Shown piece by piece: positions 37,995 through 55,878 of a stretch of DNA of 64,000 nt. Source of the DNA: Utricularia gibba (lineage: Eukaryota > Plantae > Magnoliophyta); assembly GCA_002189035.1 (NCBI GenBank), contig NEEC01000009.1, positions 620,001 through 684,000 of the forward strand. Direction: 5' to 3'. The translations under genes and the position numbers were made by a program. Numbering within the stretch: the stretch's first letter is position 1; every line of letters starts with the position of its first letter. The notes below the pieces were generated by a model. The model saw nothing but the letters and a program-made list of their open reading frames with translations, ran no database searches and was not told where the DNA came from.

Positions 37995-40292
37995 CTAGCT
38001 CCAAGTGATTGCCACGGGGCTCCCGACGACGTGTTTCCCATCGGACCATTCGATCCTCCCGAACTGATTGGTGTTTGAGGGCATAGGCGCTGCGGTGAAC
38101 GTCACCGTATACGATTGCTTCTCGCCGCTATCAGCGAATGTCAAGGAAGACGGATTGACGGAGATTTTGACCGCCGAGGAGGGGGAAGTTGTGGAGACCT
38201 TGTACGTGCCTGGTGGCCCCACGTTCGTCAACATTCGCGTGTATTTCGCCACAACGGGCGCGGATCCACCTTCGCTGACGCCGGGATGACTCACCGGAGA
38301 TTCCAGCGCCACCGCGAATGAAGGGTAATTCAGGTCGTTCACGCTGTAGGTTTTGGTCTTGTCGCAGACGAAAGCCCGTCGCGCCACGCTGTTGATCTGC
38401 TCGGCGGTGTAATTCAAGGCGCACAAGAAGTTCAGGTAATCTTGGGGCTCGATGTCGTAGACGAGCCCGGGATTGAGTGCCGATACGGGTTCCACGTGTC
38501 CGGATCCATAATCGAACGGCGTCGCGGCTTTTCTCGTGGAGAGATCTTGGATGGGTTCGCCGTTTTTGTACGCCGTGTAGGCGGTGGTCATCAGCGCAGA
38601 GCGAATCGCGGCGGGGCTCCAGTTAGGGTGAATTGATTTGATAAGAGCCGCCAGACCGCTGACGTGAGGGCACGACATCGATGTGCCGGAAATGATGTTG
38701 AAATCCACTCGCCGCCCATCGTCCGCCAATCCGGTGGGACCCACTTTGCGGGACCATGCGGCTAGGATGTTGACGCCTGGTGCGATGAGATCGGGTTTCA
38801 GTACGCCGGGAGCGATGGAGCTGGGTCCTCTGGAGCTGAAGGAAGCCACCACCGGCGACGGCTGAATCCCAACTTTTGTGCCTTCGAAAAAGATCGTGGC
38901 CGTTGGATTCGGTTCTGTGAAGAGGTAGCTTTTGATCTGTTGGCCGACTGTTTCTCCGACCGCCGCGGCGGGGAGCAAGTGAGCATCGGCAACGAGCTCG
39001 TCTCCGTTCGCAGCGGTATTGGATAAAACCATGCCGGCGCCGCCGGCTGCTTTCACGACGGCGCCCTTTTGAACTCTGGGACTCACGCCACGATCACATA
39101 ACACGATCTTACCCTTAACCTTTTCAGGAATCAGAGACCCCGCCATACAAAGATTACCGCTGCTGACGTTGCTGACGTTTCCGGCGTAGACAACTTCAAT
39201 CATTTTTCCCAGTGAGCCACCTTTGTAAAGTGACACGCCGGAGAAATTCTTCCCGTTCCCTAGACTAATATACGCTGGGAAATCACGGTCCAGAGTTCCA
39301 GCACCAACTGTTGTTATCCACGGCGCCACGTTGGATAAACTGGAAGAACTTGGGCCAGCATTTCCGGCGGAGCAAGAGACGAGTATCCCTTTTTCCATGG
39401 CTGCGAAAGCTCCGATGGCGACGTTGTCTCTAAAAAAATCCGACGAACCGCCGCCGAGAGACAGGGAGAGAACGTTAACGTTGTCGTCTATAGCTTTATC
39501 GATGGCGGCCAGTATATCGGAGCTGAAACAGCCGCCAGCCCAACAAACTTTATATGTAGCAACTCTAGCCCGCGGAGCCATCCCCCGGGCCGTCCCTGCC
39601 GCGTACCCAAACAAGCTTGCGCTGGAAACGACCGATCCGGCGGCGGTAGAGGATGTGTGGGTTCCATGGCCGTCGCCGTCTCTCGGCGATTTCTCCTCCT
39701 TGGTCTCATCTATCGGACCCAGAGTCGCCTCGTAGCCTTTGGAGAAGAATCTGGCTCCGATCAATTTCCGGTTACAGTTCGCTTGTGTGAAATTCGAACC
39801 TACTTCACATTCCCCTCTCCAGGAGGCAGGTACAGGTCCGAATCCAGCATCATCGTAGCTGGGGCTCTCCGGCCACACACCGGTATCCAAAACGCCGACG
39901 ATCACATCAGTCCCAGATCCAGATTCCGGCAACATCGCCGCGTTTTGGTCGAGGCCCAGAAACAGAGGCGTCCTTGTAGTGTGAAGCTCGTACCTAACCT
40001 CCGGCAGAACCGACAAAACCCCCGGCACACCCTCCATCGCCCTAGCTTCCTCCGCCGTGAGGCGCGTCGCAAATCCATGTATCGCGTTGTTGTAGGCGTA
40101 CAGCGTCTCCGCCGTGTCCGACACCGACCTAAGAGACGAACCGTACCAGCCCACATGGTCCTCCGCAAAAGCCTCCGGCATCTCAGACCTCGCCATGTGA
40201 ACTATGTATGTACTCTTGTCCGCCACCGAGACACCCAAGACACACACCAACAGAAACCCCGTAATCCATTTCACAGACAAGGCTTCTTCCAT
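37995..40292 (-). CDS. SBT1.7: Subtilisin-like protease SBT1.7/ARA12 type, intronless
   Basis: 765-aa ORF with signal peptide, I9 prodomain, catalytic motifs GVLDTG, HGTHT and SGTSMSCPH, and a PA domain. Confidence 0.97.
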   Translation of the reverse strand: MEEALSVKWITGFLLVCVLGVSVADKSTYIVHMARSEMPEAFAEDHVGWYGSSLRSVSDTAETLYAYNNAIHGFATRLTAEEARAMEGVPGVLSVLPEVRYELHTTRTPLFLGLDQNAAMLPESGSGTDVIVGVLDTGVWPESPSYDDAGFGPVPASWRGECEVGSNFTQANCNRKLIGARFFSKGYEATLGPIDETKEEKSPRDGDGHGTHTSSTAAGSVVSSASLFGYAAGTARGMAPRARVATYKVCWAGGCFSSDILAAIDKAIDDNVNVLSLSLGGGSSDFFRDNVAIGAFAAMEKGILVSCSAGNAGPSSSSLSNVAPWITTVGAGTLDRDFPAYISLGNGKNFSGVSLYKGGSLGKMIEVVYAGNVSNVSSGNLCMAGSLIPEKVKGKIVLCDRGVSPRVQKGAVVKAAGGAGMVLSNTAANGDELVADAHLLPAAAVGETVGQQIKSYLFTEPNPTATIFFEGTKVGIQPSPVVASFSSRGPSSIAPGVLKPDLIAPGVNILAAWSRKVGPTGLADDGRRVDFNIISGTSMSCPHVSGLAALIKSIHPNWSPAAIRSALMTTAYTAYKNGEPIQDLSTRKAATPFDYGSGHVEPVSALNPGLVYDIEPQDYLNFLCALNYTAEQINSVARRAFVCDKTKTYSVNDLNYPSFAVALESPVSHPGVSEGGSAPVVAKYTRMLTNVGPPGTYKVSTTSPSSAVKISVNPSSLTFADSGEKQSYTVTFTAAPMPSNTNQFGRIEWSDGKHVVGSPVAITWS

Positions 40293-42873
40293 TTTTTTCT
40301 CAGGGTGGAGTCGTGGGCAGTAGTGCCACTGGTCTATATAGGAGGGCAGCGCTGTTGAAGTGGGGACGGTGGTTCTGCCTCATCGCCATAACACCGAAAA
40401 CTAAAATATTAAAAGCAAAAGTGGGAATCATGGTGGTTCCCATCTTCAACCTCCCTCGCCAGCCGCCCCCCCCCCGGTCCATTTCTGCCAGCGGCTCACG
40501 CAACTCCATTACCAAGCTCTATTCCCTTCACCTTGCTCATGCGTGTCCGATAAGTGATCACCAATATCTTAAAAATTTCGGTTTTTGGATAATACACGAC
40601 ACAGCAGCCGAGCTACAAGACAAGGTGAGCCTCAATCGAGACCCCATTGGACCGCACAGGGTTCGGGCAGAGAGTCCTGTCCGAGAGTCGTCGACTCCCA
40701 ACACAATGAGGGTTATCAGTAAGCATTTTGAACGCACGTGATCATCTTTCTGGCAGCGGAGACGCCAGCAGGAGGAGGATCCATGGCGTTTGTGGCATGG
40801 AGTTACTGACAGCTACAGACACGTCCAAAGGATGGGCAACCAGGGAATGGGATATTTTTGAGGGTTCTATTCAACCTACAACCCTTCGGAGAAAAAAAAC
40901 AAAGGAAAAAAAATAGCATAAAGAATCTGCCGGAGTTAATAGATGGCGTTGGGGCGTCGCTCACCGGGTGTCCCAATTTCCGATCATGATCCGCCACCTA
41001 ACAACCTTGATTAGGAGTCTTCACTCACCCAGAATAATAAAACAACGAACCTAATCGACACCTAATGTTTCCAATTATTTGGACTAAAACAGGGCCTTGG
41101 TTGCTACCAGCCTGTTTAACTTGTAGTCTTTTTTTAATACACAACAGATCTGTTCTGTATTTTGAATATGTGATTTAAATTATGTAAAATAAAATTAATT
41201 TATTATCATTAATTTGATATCATAAAATTATTTTATAAAATTTACTTTATGAAATTATAGTATAATTTAGTATTATGATATTATAAATATATTTTTAGTT
41301 AGTTATTTATTTATTTAAATACTAAAATAAAAGTTTTAATAATTTATGAATTTAAGTATATAATTTAAATTTATAGTTTAATATATAGCATTTAAATATT
41401 AAAATTTAAAAATTAAACATAATCATTTCAAAAAAAATTGTGTCTCCAGAATAGGCCCAATATGTTCAAATTTGAAAATTCCAAGTTCAAACATCCTTCT
41501 GTGATTCGGATACTTGTAAATTCATGACTGTGGGTAGGGCCATGTCATATCGTATTATAGTAGTTTGCTATAAAGAATTATTATGCGGATGGAATAATTG
41601 CGTCAAATTTCGTACACACACAGTATAATTGATTCTCATACTATTATTATTATTTTTATATTATTTTAAAATTCAGTAAAATAAATCATCATTATTTGGT
41701 TTTACTATTTACTTTAAATAATAAATTTTATTTTTATAATGAAATCTTAATTTTTACTCCAAATTTTGTCCTTGATCATCGTTACGCTACCGCCAACCAT
41801 GAAATTGGTGGTAAAATTAGGATTTAGTTATGAGAATCAATTTTATAATTTTGAATTATAGAAGTAAGGTATGATTTCAATTTAATTTGGAATCTAATTT
41901 TGACATCAGTGAAAATTAAATATATTTGATTTTGAAATAATGAGAATCAATTAAGCTTGATAGTCAAATAGTAAATATCTACGAATTAAAAAAATATTAG
42001 AAATTAAGTTTATCCGATATATCAAATGTTCAAAATTAAACAATAAAAATCAATTATATTAATGAAAACTAAACATGTTATTTTAATATTAAAAACTAAG
42101 TGTGTAGTTTTGTCAAAAAAGAAAAGATTTTGGTATTGAAGTGAGATTATTATCGCTAGAAACAAAATGGATAATTTATGCTTTTGGTAAAGTAATGACT
42201 GATTAATTTTATTATTAAATACGAAAGATTTCTAAATATATTTTTCATTTTTAATAAATGATAAATCAACTTTTATTTATTAAAATCAGTTATTGCAAAA
42301 TATTCTTTGATGAACAAAGACAAATATAACCTTGGTTACGTTTGGAATTATGATGGGATACTGTGCATTAATGTATTAACGATCTTTTCCACCAGGTTTT
42401 TTTCTTTTTTTTTTTTTTGGCGACAGAACTCCCGGTCAGGTGGCGGGTGTGGATCCGGACCGGGTCGACCAGTTTGTGACCCGGGCATCATGTGACTAAA
42501 TAATGTGGATTTAATAGCGATGTAAACAAATACTTGTGCTGTCGTTGTGGGTTCCTCGGTAGGTCAGAGCAGAGCCTGAAGATTTGGTTGCATTCATCCA
42601 CTGCTGTAGGATTCAGTTGCAGTTATCTTGAGTTGGGTTTGCAGCTACTTATATTTATGGCCATGCCCAGATCATGCACTGTGTTCTGCAGTTGAAACAT
42701 TCCTCTGTTGCTACCTTTAAACTGAAAGAACGCAATTGAATGTCACATTGTTACGCCTAAAATCAAGCTGGGTAAGCTTAAACGACGGTGGGAGAATCTC
42801 CCCAGCGGCGCCGGCGGTTTTTCCTTCGGGGTAAAGGATTAAAAATCGCAGCTTTTGAGGGTGTAAGCGCAAC

Positions 42874-44336
42874 ATGAAGATGAAAGGGGGTACATTTGGC
42901 GGGGGAAATCGGAAAAGTTTAGGGTTGCGATCTGTCTTCTTGCTCTGTCTCTTCTTCTTCTTCTTGGTCGCTGGTTTTCTTGGTTTGTCGCTTTTTAACC
43001 AGCAGGTTACCTCGCCTTTTTTTTTTGTTCCTATTTACTTTTCACCGTGGATAAAAGTTGATCTTTGTAGTGATTTCCCATTTGTAGGAGATGCAGGGTG
43101 ATGTGTTGCCGCGGAGGCATGGGAAGGTTCAAGTGAAGAACGCTACGTTTATTGCTCAGCCCCATGGAGTCACCGGTGAAGACTCTCTGCAAATAATCCC
43201 TTTTCAGGTGCTTGTTTCATACTGCATCGGCTGCTAGCTCGACTGCAGGTTCTGCTGGAGTTCGAAACCCATTCATGATACTGTGTTGTAGATACTCAGC
43301 TGGAAACCCCGGGCGTTATATTTCCCCAATTTTGCGACTGCAGACCAATGCCAGAGTATCATAGAAATGGCTGGGAGTAAGCTGAGACCATCAGCATTAG
43401 CTCTGCGCAAGGGAGAGACTGTGGAAAGTACCAAGGGAATCCGGACAAGGTGATTGATTGATCATTTCTGGAATTCCCAGTTAATTTCCTCCACTTAACT
43501 GCTGTAATCTCTTTCTTGTCTACTAGTTCTGGTATGTTCATCAGTTCATCTGAGGATAAAACTGGCATCTTGGCTGATATTGAGGCTAAAATTGCTAGAG
43601 CTTCAATGATCCCAAGGTCTCATGGTGAGGTTGGTATTGTAATAATGCTACTCCTTCCAAGATTATACATCTCTGTATGGTTTTGACTTAGAGTCTATCC
43701 ATCTGTGATTCAGTCCTTCAATATCCTGCGCTATCGAGTTGGGCAGCGATATCATTGCCACTATGATGCGTTCCGCCCGGTTGAATACGGTTCGCAGAAG
43801 AGCCAAAGGGTATGAGCTGCAGCAACCATTTGGTTCCTTTAACGCAGTTTTGGCTTCGTTTGAGTAGCTGATCTGCTTTTGTCTCAACTTGTCAGCTCGC
43901 GTCCTTCCTCCTCTATCTATCAGATGTTGAGGAAGGTGGGGAAACTGTGTTCCCCTTTGAGGTTGAGTTACTCACACCGAACTTCTTCATCATCTAGTCA
44001 AATTGCAGCATCTCCCAACTGCAGCCTGAGTAATGTTTCTTTTGGACAGAATGGGCGGAATATGGACGGTAACTATGATTTCGAGCAGTGCATCGGCCTC
44101 AAGGTAAAGCCGCAGAGGGGAGATGGGCTGCTGTTCTATTCATTGTTCTCCAATGGCACGATAGACCCGGTAAGCAGTGATCACCCCCTTCCACCTTCTT
44201 TCAGTTTACTTGTGCGTAGTCTGTTTTGAACATAATGCTTTTGCAGACGTCTCTTCATGGGAGCTGCCCAGTGATTAAGGGTGAGAAATGGGTTGCAACA
44301 AAATGGATCAGGGACAGAGAATACAAGGATCGCTGA
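42874..44336 (+). CDS. Prolyl 4-hydroxylase (P4H9/P4H13 type), 8 exons
   Basis: N-terminal TM segment, LSWKPRALYFPNF, RTSSGMF, the HYD iron ligand motif, DVEEGGETVFP and SLHGSCPVIKGEKWVATKWIR. All exons are in frame. Confidence 0.95.
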
Positions 44337-44600
44337 CTGATAGTTTTTTTTTTTTTTTTTTTTTTGATATTTTTGCTACAACATCACAAGTTTTGCAGCG
44401 GATAGAAATCTGTTGATCATAAGATTTCATGGTCATTTGTAAAAGCAATTCAAGTGCCAGAAAACCAGCTTGAACAACATTAAGAGTAATAGAGCGTGCA
44501 GATACAGAGGGAAAGGAGAGCAACCTGTGAATGTAGTTCAAGTTTCCAGTCACACACAACACTGATCTTAGAAAATACTCTGCTCCCCAATAAACCCTCA

Positions 44601-47151
<2,551 letters not shown>

Positions 47152-48818
47152 CCCCTTGCTGCAGATCTCGGCGTCGACGCTGTTATTTATAGCACGAAAG
47201 GACGTTGTCGGCAACCGGCGGCGCACCGGCGCATCCAAGGCGAAAAGGGCACAGGCTAACGAGGTAAGGAGTAATAGCGTGGTACGATGCGCCAGCAGGC
47301 CACTCCACTAGATATTCCCAGAACAGTAATAGTAAGATTACAAAATTGGTGGAGAACTAAATATCTACGCAGCCAAATCCTCCCTATCCAAGCCAGGCAA
47401 CCGACACTTCGTTGCCCATAAAAAGCTCAAAATCCAAATTCCCTCATCTTTCTACAGCATCCCAGATCAAAATCGCAAAGCTTGGGTTCCAGATTTCAGA
47501 TCACTCGAAAAGAACCCTAAAAATAGGATTGTTCCATTTTCACTCTAAAAGAAAAATTTTCAAAAATGGGAAAAGTATTTGGAATATCTACAAAATTGAG
47601 TAGCTCTTGTTCTCTTGCTACGTACTAATCTGAAAGTACCCATCTTTTAATCTTTGTTTGCCTGGTGACAAATGAAATGAAAAGGCAGAGTCTTTTTACG
47701 TGATTAGAACAAAGTTTGGAGGAAAGTTCAAAATTTTACAGTGCGATGCAATCATGCAAAATCAGTCGTCGCGCTCGGGCTATCATCTGGGTTTAGGTTC
47801 ACTGACCGTGGCTTGGGCTTCTAAGATACAATGCATGAAGATGATCGATTCTTCAAGTCATTTGGTTTTCGGTGGATCCATCACTGTTTCCAAAAGTGGA
47901 GCAATCCAAGAGCAGGCGTGGCCGGGGGACCCTTTCCCATTTATGAGTCAAATTCAATTGCTCCTCACCCCAGCCAACAACCATATTCCTCATCTTCTGA
48001 TAATGGGGCTTCGCTTGTTGAGGACCCATCTGCAACGCGCTTGTGTTTTGCCAGTTGCCACTGCCAACTCTCCCTATCCTTACTTGATAATAGGAGGACC
48101 ACGAATCATGCTTCTCTTGTCTTTACTTTTGTCACTGTTGTCTGTAGGTGATGGCAAGTCGGTACGTGGATCCTCATTTTTTTTCTGTATTTTACTTGTG
48201 GGCATCCATTACATTCAAATAATTCAAAAGCTATTCCAGCAGGCAATCATTGGAGGGGGTAAAGTACTGTAATGGCATTGTATTGTGTTAAACTAGCTGC
48301 AACCGATTCATTGTCCAGGGATGTTGCTAATTAATGTCTAGCTTTTTTGGTGTGCTTGTGTTCCCCAATCCCTTTCCGGTGATCATTAAATTAGTTCATG
48401 CATGTGGAAACCGCTTACTGGGATACCATTGAATCTCAATGTAAGCACCGCCCTCTTGGGAGTGCACATTACAATTATTAACTTGTATGATTTCTCTAAT
48501 ATGCGTTGCATTGACATTTGTTTTATGCCTGTGACTTGGTTCACGTGGATTCTTTGGATTAGTCACTCTCATGTGCCCCACGGGTATGGCAAGCTCTAGG
48601 ATATGGTTTCCTGAATTATAAGACAGCAAATTAGAGGCTTTTTCGATGGTAAAGCTGGTTTCAGGGCATGGCTTATGGTAACTGTTCGTGATCATCCATC
48701 AGGTTAACATTTTTCACCTGCTGAGATAAGCTGCTAATGGACTCAGGGCCTTTTAAAATGAGGGAGAAGATGGAGCACCTTGAGCAGAACACAGATACTG
48801 CTATAAAGTATTGCAAAA

Positions 48819-50839
48819 ATGTCCACCAAGGAGGAGTTTCTTTCAATCTCAATGAAGAGAGCTGGAGAATGGTTTGCTCTATCTTCTTATTGTCTTAATA
48901 CGTAAAAGCAGTAAGATGAAGGATTCCAGGTATTGATTCTGAGTTTGACAGGATATTATCTGTGGAGACACCCACTGACATGATGATCCATGTGGGAGAA
49001 ACTTCCTTTTCTCTGCATAAGGTACAAATATTTTTTGCAGAGCTTTAACTGCCACTTAGATTTCTTGGTTCCTTTGCTTCCTTCTCACTTTGCAAAATGC
49101 ACCTTTGAAACGTTGCAACAGTTCCCTATAATCTCGAAATGCGGATACATAAGGAAACTCATAGCTGGAGCCGATGAAGATGATCCTTTTACAATAGAAA
49201 TCTTTGAACTTCCTGGTGGAGCAGAGGGATTTGATTATGCAGCGAAGTTCTGCTATGGCATAGACTTTGAGATGAACAAAGAAAACATTGCTGTACTTCG
49301 ATGCGTGGCTGAGTTTCTTGAAATGACGGAGGAATATGCCGTTGGAAACATGGTTTCTACAACTGAAAACTACATATCTGGAGAGGCACTTCAAAACCTT
49401 TCTGGGGCAATCAGTATTTTGCATTCTTGTGAAAACATTCTTCTCTCAGCAGAGAAAGTTAAGCTGGTATCCCGTTGCATCGACACAATCGCCTTCTTCA
49501 CCTGCAGAGATATCATATTAACAGCACCAATGAAGGTGGATGTTGATCAAGAAGGTTACTGGTGGGCTGAATCTTTAAGCATTCTTAGATTTGATCTCTT
49601 CCAGCGAGTCCTCATTGCAATGATCTGCAGAGGATTCACGGAGCTAGCTCTCAGTCCAGTTCTAATACCGTTTGCCAAGAAGTTCATCGGAGGACTGGTA
49701 AGGTTTCTAAACATAAAGAAGAAGAAAGACACGACCGCTCATCGCACCTTTATTTGTTTTTTTCATTAGGAGATATATGGGAAGGTGAGAAAGAGGATGG
49801 AGCCTAGAGAAGAGCAAGAGAAAAGGCTCATTTTGGAAGCCATAGTTAGTTTCCTTGCAAGGGAGAAAAACACATTCCCAGTTAGTTTTCTCTCCTTGCT
49901 CCTCAAGGCAGCAATGTATCTAGATACAACTGTCTCTTGTCGGCTTTGCTTGGAGAAGAGAATAGCCTTGCAACTCGAGAAGGCCGTGCTGGATGATCTT
50001 ATGATTCCTTCATACCCTTCAGATAGCAGCACGCTGTTTGATACCGAAACAGTGAAGAGAATCATCACTAACTACAAGAACTGTGAAAATGAAAACTACG
50101 AAAGAGTCACTGTACTGATGGAGGAGTACCTCTCTGAGATATCCCCTGACCCCAACTTGTCTGTTTCAGAGTTCATCGCTCTTTCGCAGCTTATCCCTCA
50201 AGAGTGGAGATCCATCGATGATGGAATCTATAAGGCCGTCGACATTTACTTGGAGGTTATAAAACATTTCCTCAGATTCAAAGCATTTCTGTGTTGAAGT
50301 TCATAACTTTTGTGTTTCATTTGCAAAATGTGCATCCACAGGCTCATCCAGCTTTAAGTGACATGGAAAGAAAAAAGCTCTGCAGTGTTGTGGACATCCA
50401 GAAGCTCTCACTTGAGGCCTGCTCACGCGCAGCACAGAACACTAGCCTCCCACTTCAGATCATCGTTCAACTACTCAACTACGAGCAGCAGCATCTCAAA
50501 GATCGCTGCTCTGCTCAACTCCATGAGCCAGCTGGGAGAAGCCCGTGTTCAAGTGACAGGGGCGTGTACCTGAGAAGGGAAAACAATGAACAGAAAACGA
50601 AGCTAATGAACATAAAAACAAAAGTTAGTGACACGGATAAAATGTCGGTTTCGAGCATCTCCTCATCCATCACTAGCGTTGGCACTGCAGGGAAACCTCC
50701 AATTCAGAAGAAGCCTTTCATCAGTCCTCTGCCGATAAAGCTCTTCCCGCTCCTCCGGGCAGGGGCAGACGCCGCTCGGAAGCCGCACGTTAAGGGTAAG
50801 ACTACATTCACCAAAAGTAGGCGCCACTCCACGTCATGA
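48819..50839 (+). CDS. BTB/POZ-NPH3 family protein (SR1IP1-like)
   Basis: MSTKEEFLSISMKRAGEW, HVGETSFSLHKFP, GGAEGFDYAAKFCYG, WWAESL, DDGIYKAVDIYL, AHP and end RRHSTS*; five in-frame exons. Confidence 0.92.
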
Positions 50840-51421
50840 TCGGATTACTATTGAACATAACATACGAAACAAAGAAAAAGGTTCCAACTTTTGCATTGCA
50901 TCTATTGCCTCTTGCAATGGGTCTGTAGAATTATGATACCTTTAGAAGGGTACCCACAGATAGTTGTAACATCTCACCAGCATCAACATCGTTGAAGTTA
51001 TCAATCTGTGTTCCTCTTGTTAGTATCGGTTTTTTCTTTCTCCTACGAAATTCAGGGAACACCCTATGACAGTTTATCACCAGGGCTTCTCATTGTCAAG
51101 TTTTTACTTTTCTCTTAGGTAAAGAGTTGATAAAAACATGCTAAACTCTGACATTTAGCAACTGAAACTAGGAGAAAGCACAAACTTGGAACTTCGGTTA
51201 CTTAACTGGTTGATATCTTGTGGTGTAGGAAAAGGATCTCCCCTACTACCATACAGTGAATCAGCACAGTAACTACAGTCTGTAAAAAGAGGAACTAAGG
51301 AGCCTATAGTCAGATTGAAACTAGGACTCATGGGCTAATCGTTCATGTAGAACAAGAAAAGACATTTGTACCTCTAGAAAGGAGGAAAAATATGGTTTTT
51401 TGATTGCTTATGTTATTCAAC

Positions 51422-53043
51422 TCAATAATATATGGTGAGAGTGCGATGATGTTGAAGGGAGGGGTACTGGACTCCATACGCCCAGAGCCAGAGATCCAAT
51501 TCCTTGCTGAGAACCTGACAAGAAGTTGGCATCAACAACAATGTCTCAAAACCTGAATGTTGTAATAATGGTATTCAATACAAAATACCTGTTTTCCAGA
51601 TTTCCGAAGAATTGACTCCCGGATTTCCTCAATGGCATGAATCGAGCATGCTCTGAGTTCTACTTCCTCTTCACTTCCTGATGTGATTTCTCGGTTACAA
51701 GCTATGGAACTGGAAAGGGATGGACTGTATTTCAGCACCCCAAGCTGTTGAAGAACTCCAGGCACGATGTAGTCAGCAAACATCGTCAAAGATTCTATGT
51801 CTTTGAATTCCCCATATCCCTGGCCCTTGAAAGCACCCCACAAATCTGCAACAAATATCTGAGCTCTTTTGTAGAAGAACACTTGGTGGCCCTTGTATAT
51901 AGCGTGATCTCTGAATCCTGTAGCAGTTCAAGTGGCTGGTTTAGAAGTGTCGAAAATTGGCCTGTGACAAGGGTCACAAGCGCCTGAGATCACCTGGAAA
52001 GTGGCTCGTGATGAGATTAACAAGCTTCGCAGCAGATTTTTCGCAGGACTCTACCAGTTTTGAAGCATTTCCATCAAAGGATCTTTCTAGTTCTAAACCC
52101 ACCTAAGAATATCAAGTGACAATTCAACTGCAAGAATACCAAAAAAGGGACTAGAATTTCAATGCACAATTCATGTTCTGATTACCTCATGCAGTAAGCG
52201 TACACGCTCCTTCTCTAAAGGTAAGGGCTTTTTCCACTTGAGCATTCTACGCAGTTCAAGACCTGTTACACATGACTTTCAATGTCACCTTTCATCGTTT
52301 ATGTTTGAAGCAGAAATGAGCTGCTTTCCCTGACGACAGTGAAGTCAGGCACGTGCAATGTGGCACAAAACAGCCTCCCATGACCTTGAACATACAAAAT
52401 CAAAACGAATTTCACTAGGCGTGGATGAATCTATGAACTCCAACCTGTGTACTTCTGGAGGCGATCTGCATCGAAAGCTGACTTGTCATTTTGTAAAGCC
52501 TCCTTAAGACCCTTTGCAAAGTCTTCATAACTCAATTCCTCGTCTTCCAATCAGATAACAACATAGAACAATATTAGGAGACAAAGTCCTCAATCCACAC
52601 AGAAGACATATGCAGAATAACCAGAAAAGTTTCTGATACTCCGGTGACTGATTAAAGTGGGAAGCACAACAAATTCAAAGTAAATTCAAATTGCATTTCA
52701 AAGCACGAAACAAGGTTTACCAGGCCAGAAGCAAAAATTCATGGCATCGAGAACCAGAAGATACTGAACAGTGAGAGGACCCTTATCGAAAAAATGAATC
52801 CCTTCAAAGTCCCACTCCACCTCGGGTATTGATTCCGTCATACTCTCCGCCACTTTCTCGATACCTAAATGCCAGCCAATACGTGAATTTTAACAACCAG
52901 AAGAAACAAGACAGACATAAACCTTAGCAATGCTATCAGGATTCATAAAAAAGGCAAAACACCCATAGCGAACCTGTGTAATCGAGAGTGACATGGGAGG
53001 AACAAGAGGACACCCATGCTGCCGTAGACCGAACATTCTCCAT
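51422..53043 (-). CDS. QNG1: Queuosine salvage protein / queuosine 5'-phosphate N-glycosylase (QNG1, DUF2419, C9orf64 homolog)
   Basis: MENVRSTAAWV, LVLDAMNFCFWP, GFRDHAIYKGHQVFFYKRAQIFVADLW, LTMFADYIVP, EEVELRACSI and end QHHRTLTIYY*; seven in-frame coding exons plus a probable 5'UTR exon ending near 53320. Confidence 0.93.
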
Positions 53044-53439
53044 TTCTCAGCCTGTATTCTATCTCGGCTGCACGGCACGATAAATGTCGACATGAGAAAA
53101 CCCCGTGCGGACACGTCACAGGCATAAGTGTCGCAAACGCCCCGAAAATAAAATTCTTGATCAATGGAAATAAACATTGAAAGGGAACAGAACTTGCTTC
53201 TGGGATTCATTTAAAAAGAAAACCATAGAAAAAAGAGTCCCTGGCTCCTTTTAGAGTTAAAAATAGAAGAGGACAACGATGTGTAACAGGAAGAACCCTA
53301 ACTTAACAGACTCAACTCACCGAAGCGGTGGAGACCAGAGTCGGGCCGGACCTGCAGGCGTGGTGGTGGCCGGCGGCAGAACGATGACCTGCCGAAGGTT
53401 AAGACTTAACAGAAATGAGACAAGCTTAGGCCACGTTAA

Positions 53440-53600
53440 TCTCAAACTGCCGAAGTCCAGCCCATTTACCTGATGGACGGCCCAAAATGAAAAGCCCAAT
53501 TTTATTCACGTTGTTAGTGTTTCACGCAGAACGGCGTCGTATCGAAGGAAAGTGGAAGTTCAATTTCGATCGAAAAGCACTGAAGAAAAATGCAAATTTG
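53440..53600. promoter_or_regulatory. Short bidirectional promoter between QNG1 and plastid CK2-alpha
   Basis: Head-to-head arrangement with three site II (RGCCCA/TGGGCY) motifs at 53459, 53479 and 53493. Confidence 0.6.

Positions 53601-55878
<2,278 letters not shown>

Noticed and set aside
39331-40741. Long plus-strand ORFs (134, 233 and 142 aa) overlapping the subtilase
   Set aside because: These are antisense shadows of a GC-rich coding sequence plus promoter, with no recognisable motifs.
47700-48272. 190-aa ORF between CK2-alpha and the NPH3 gene
   Set aside because: It starts at GTG, has no recognisable domain and lies in a divergent promoter region, so I cannot support it as a CDS.
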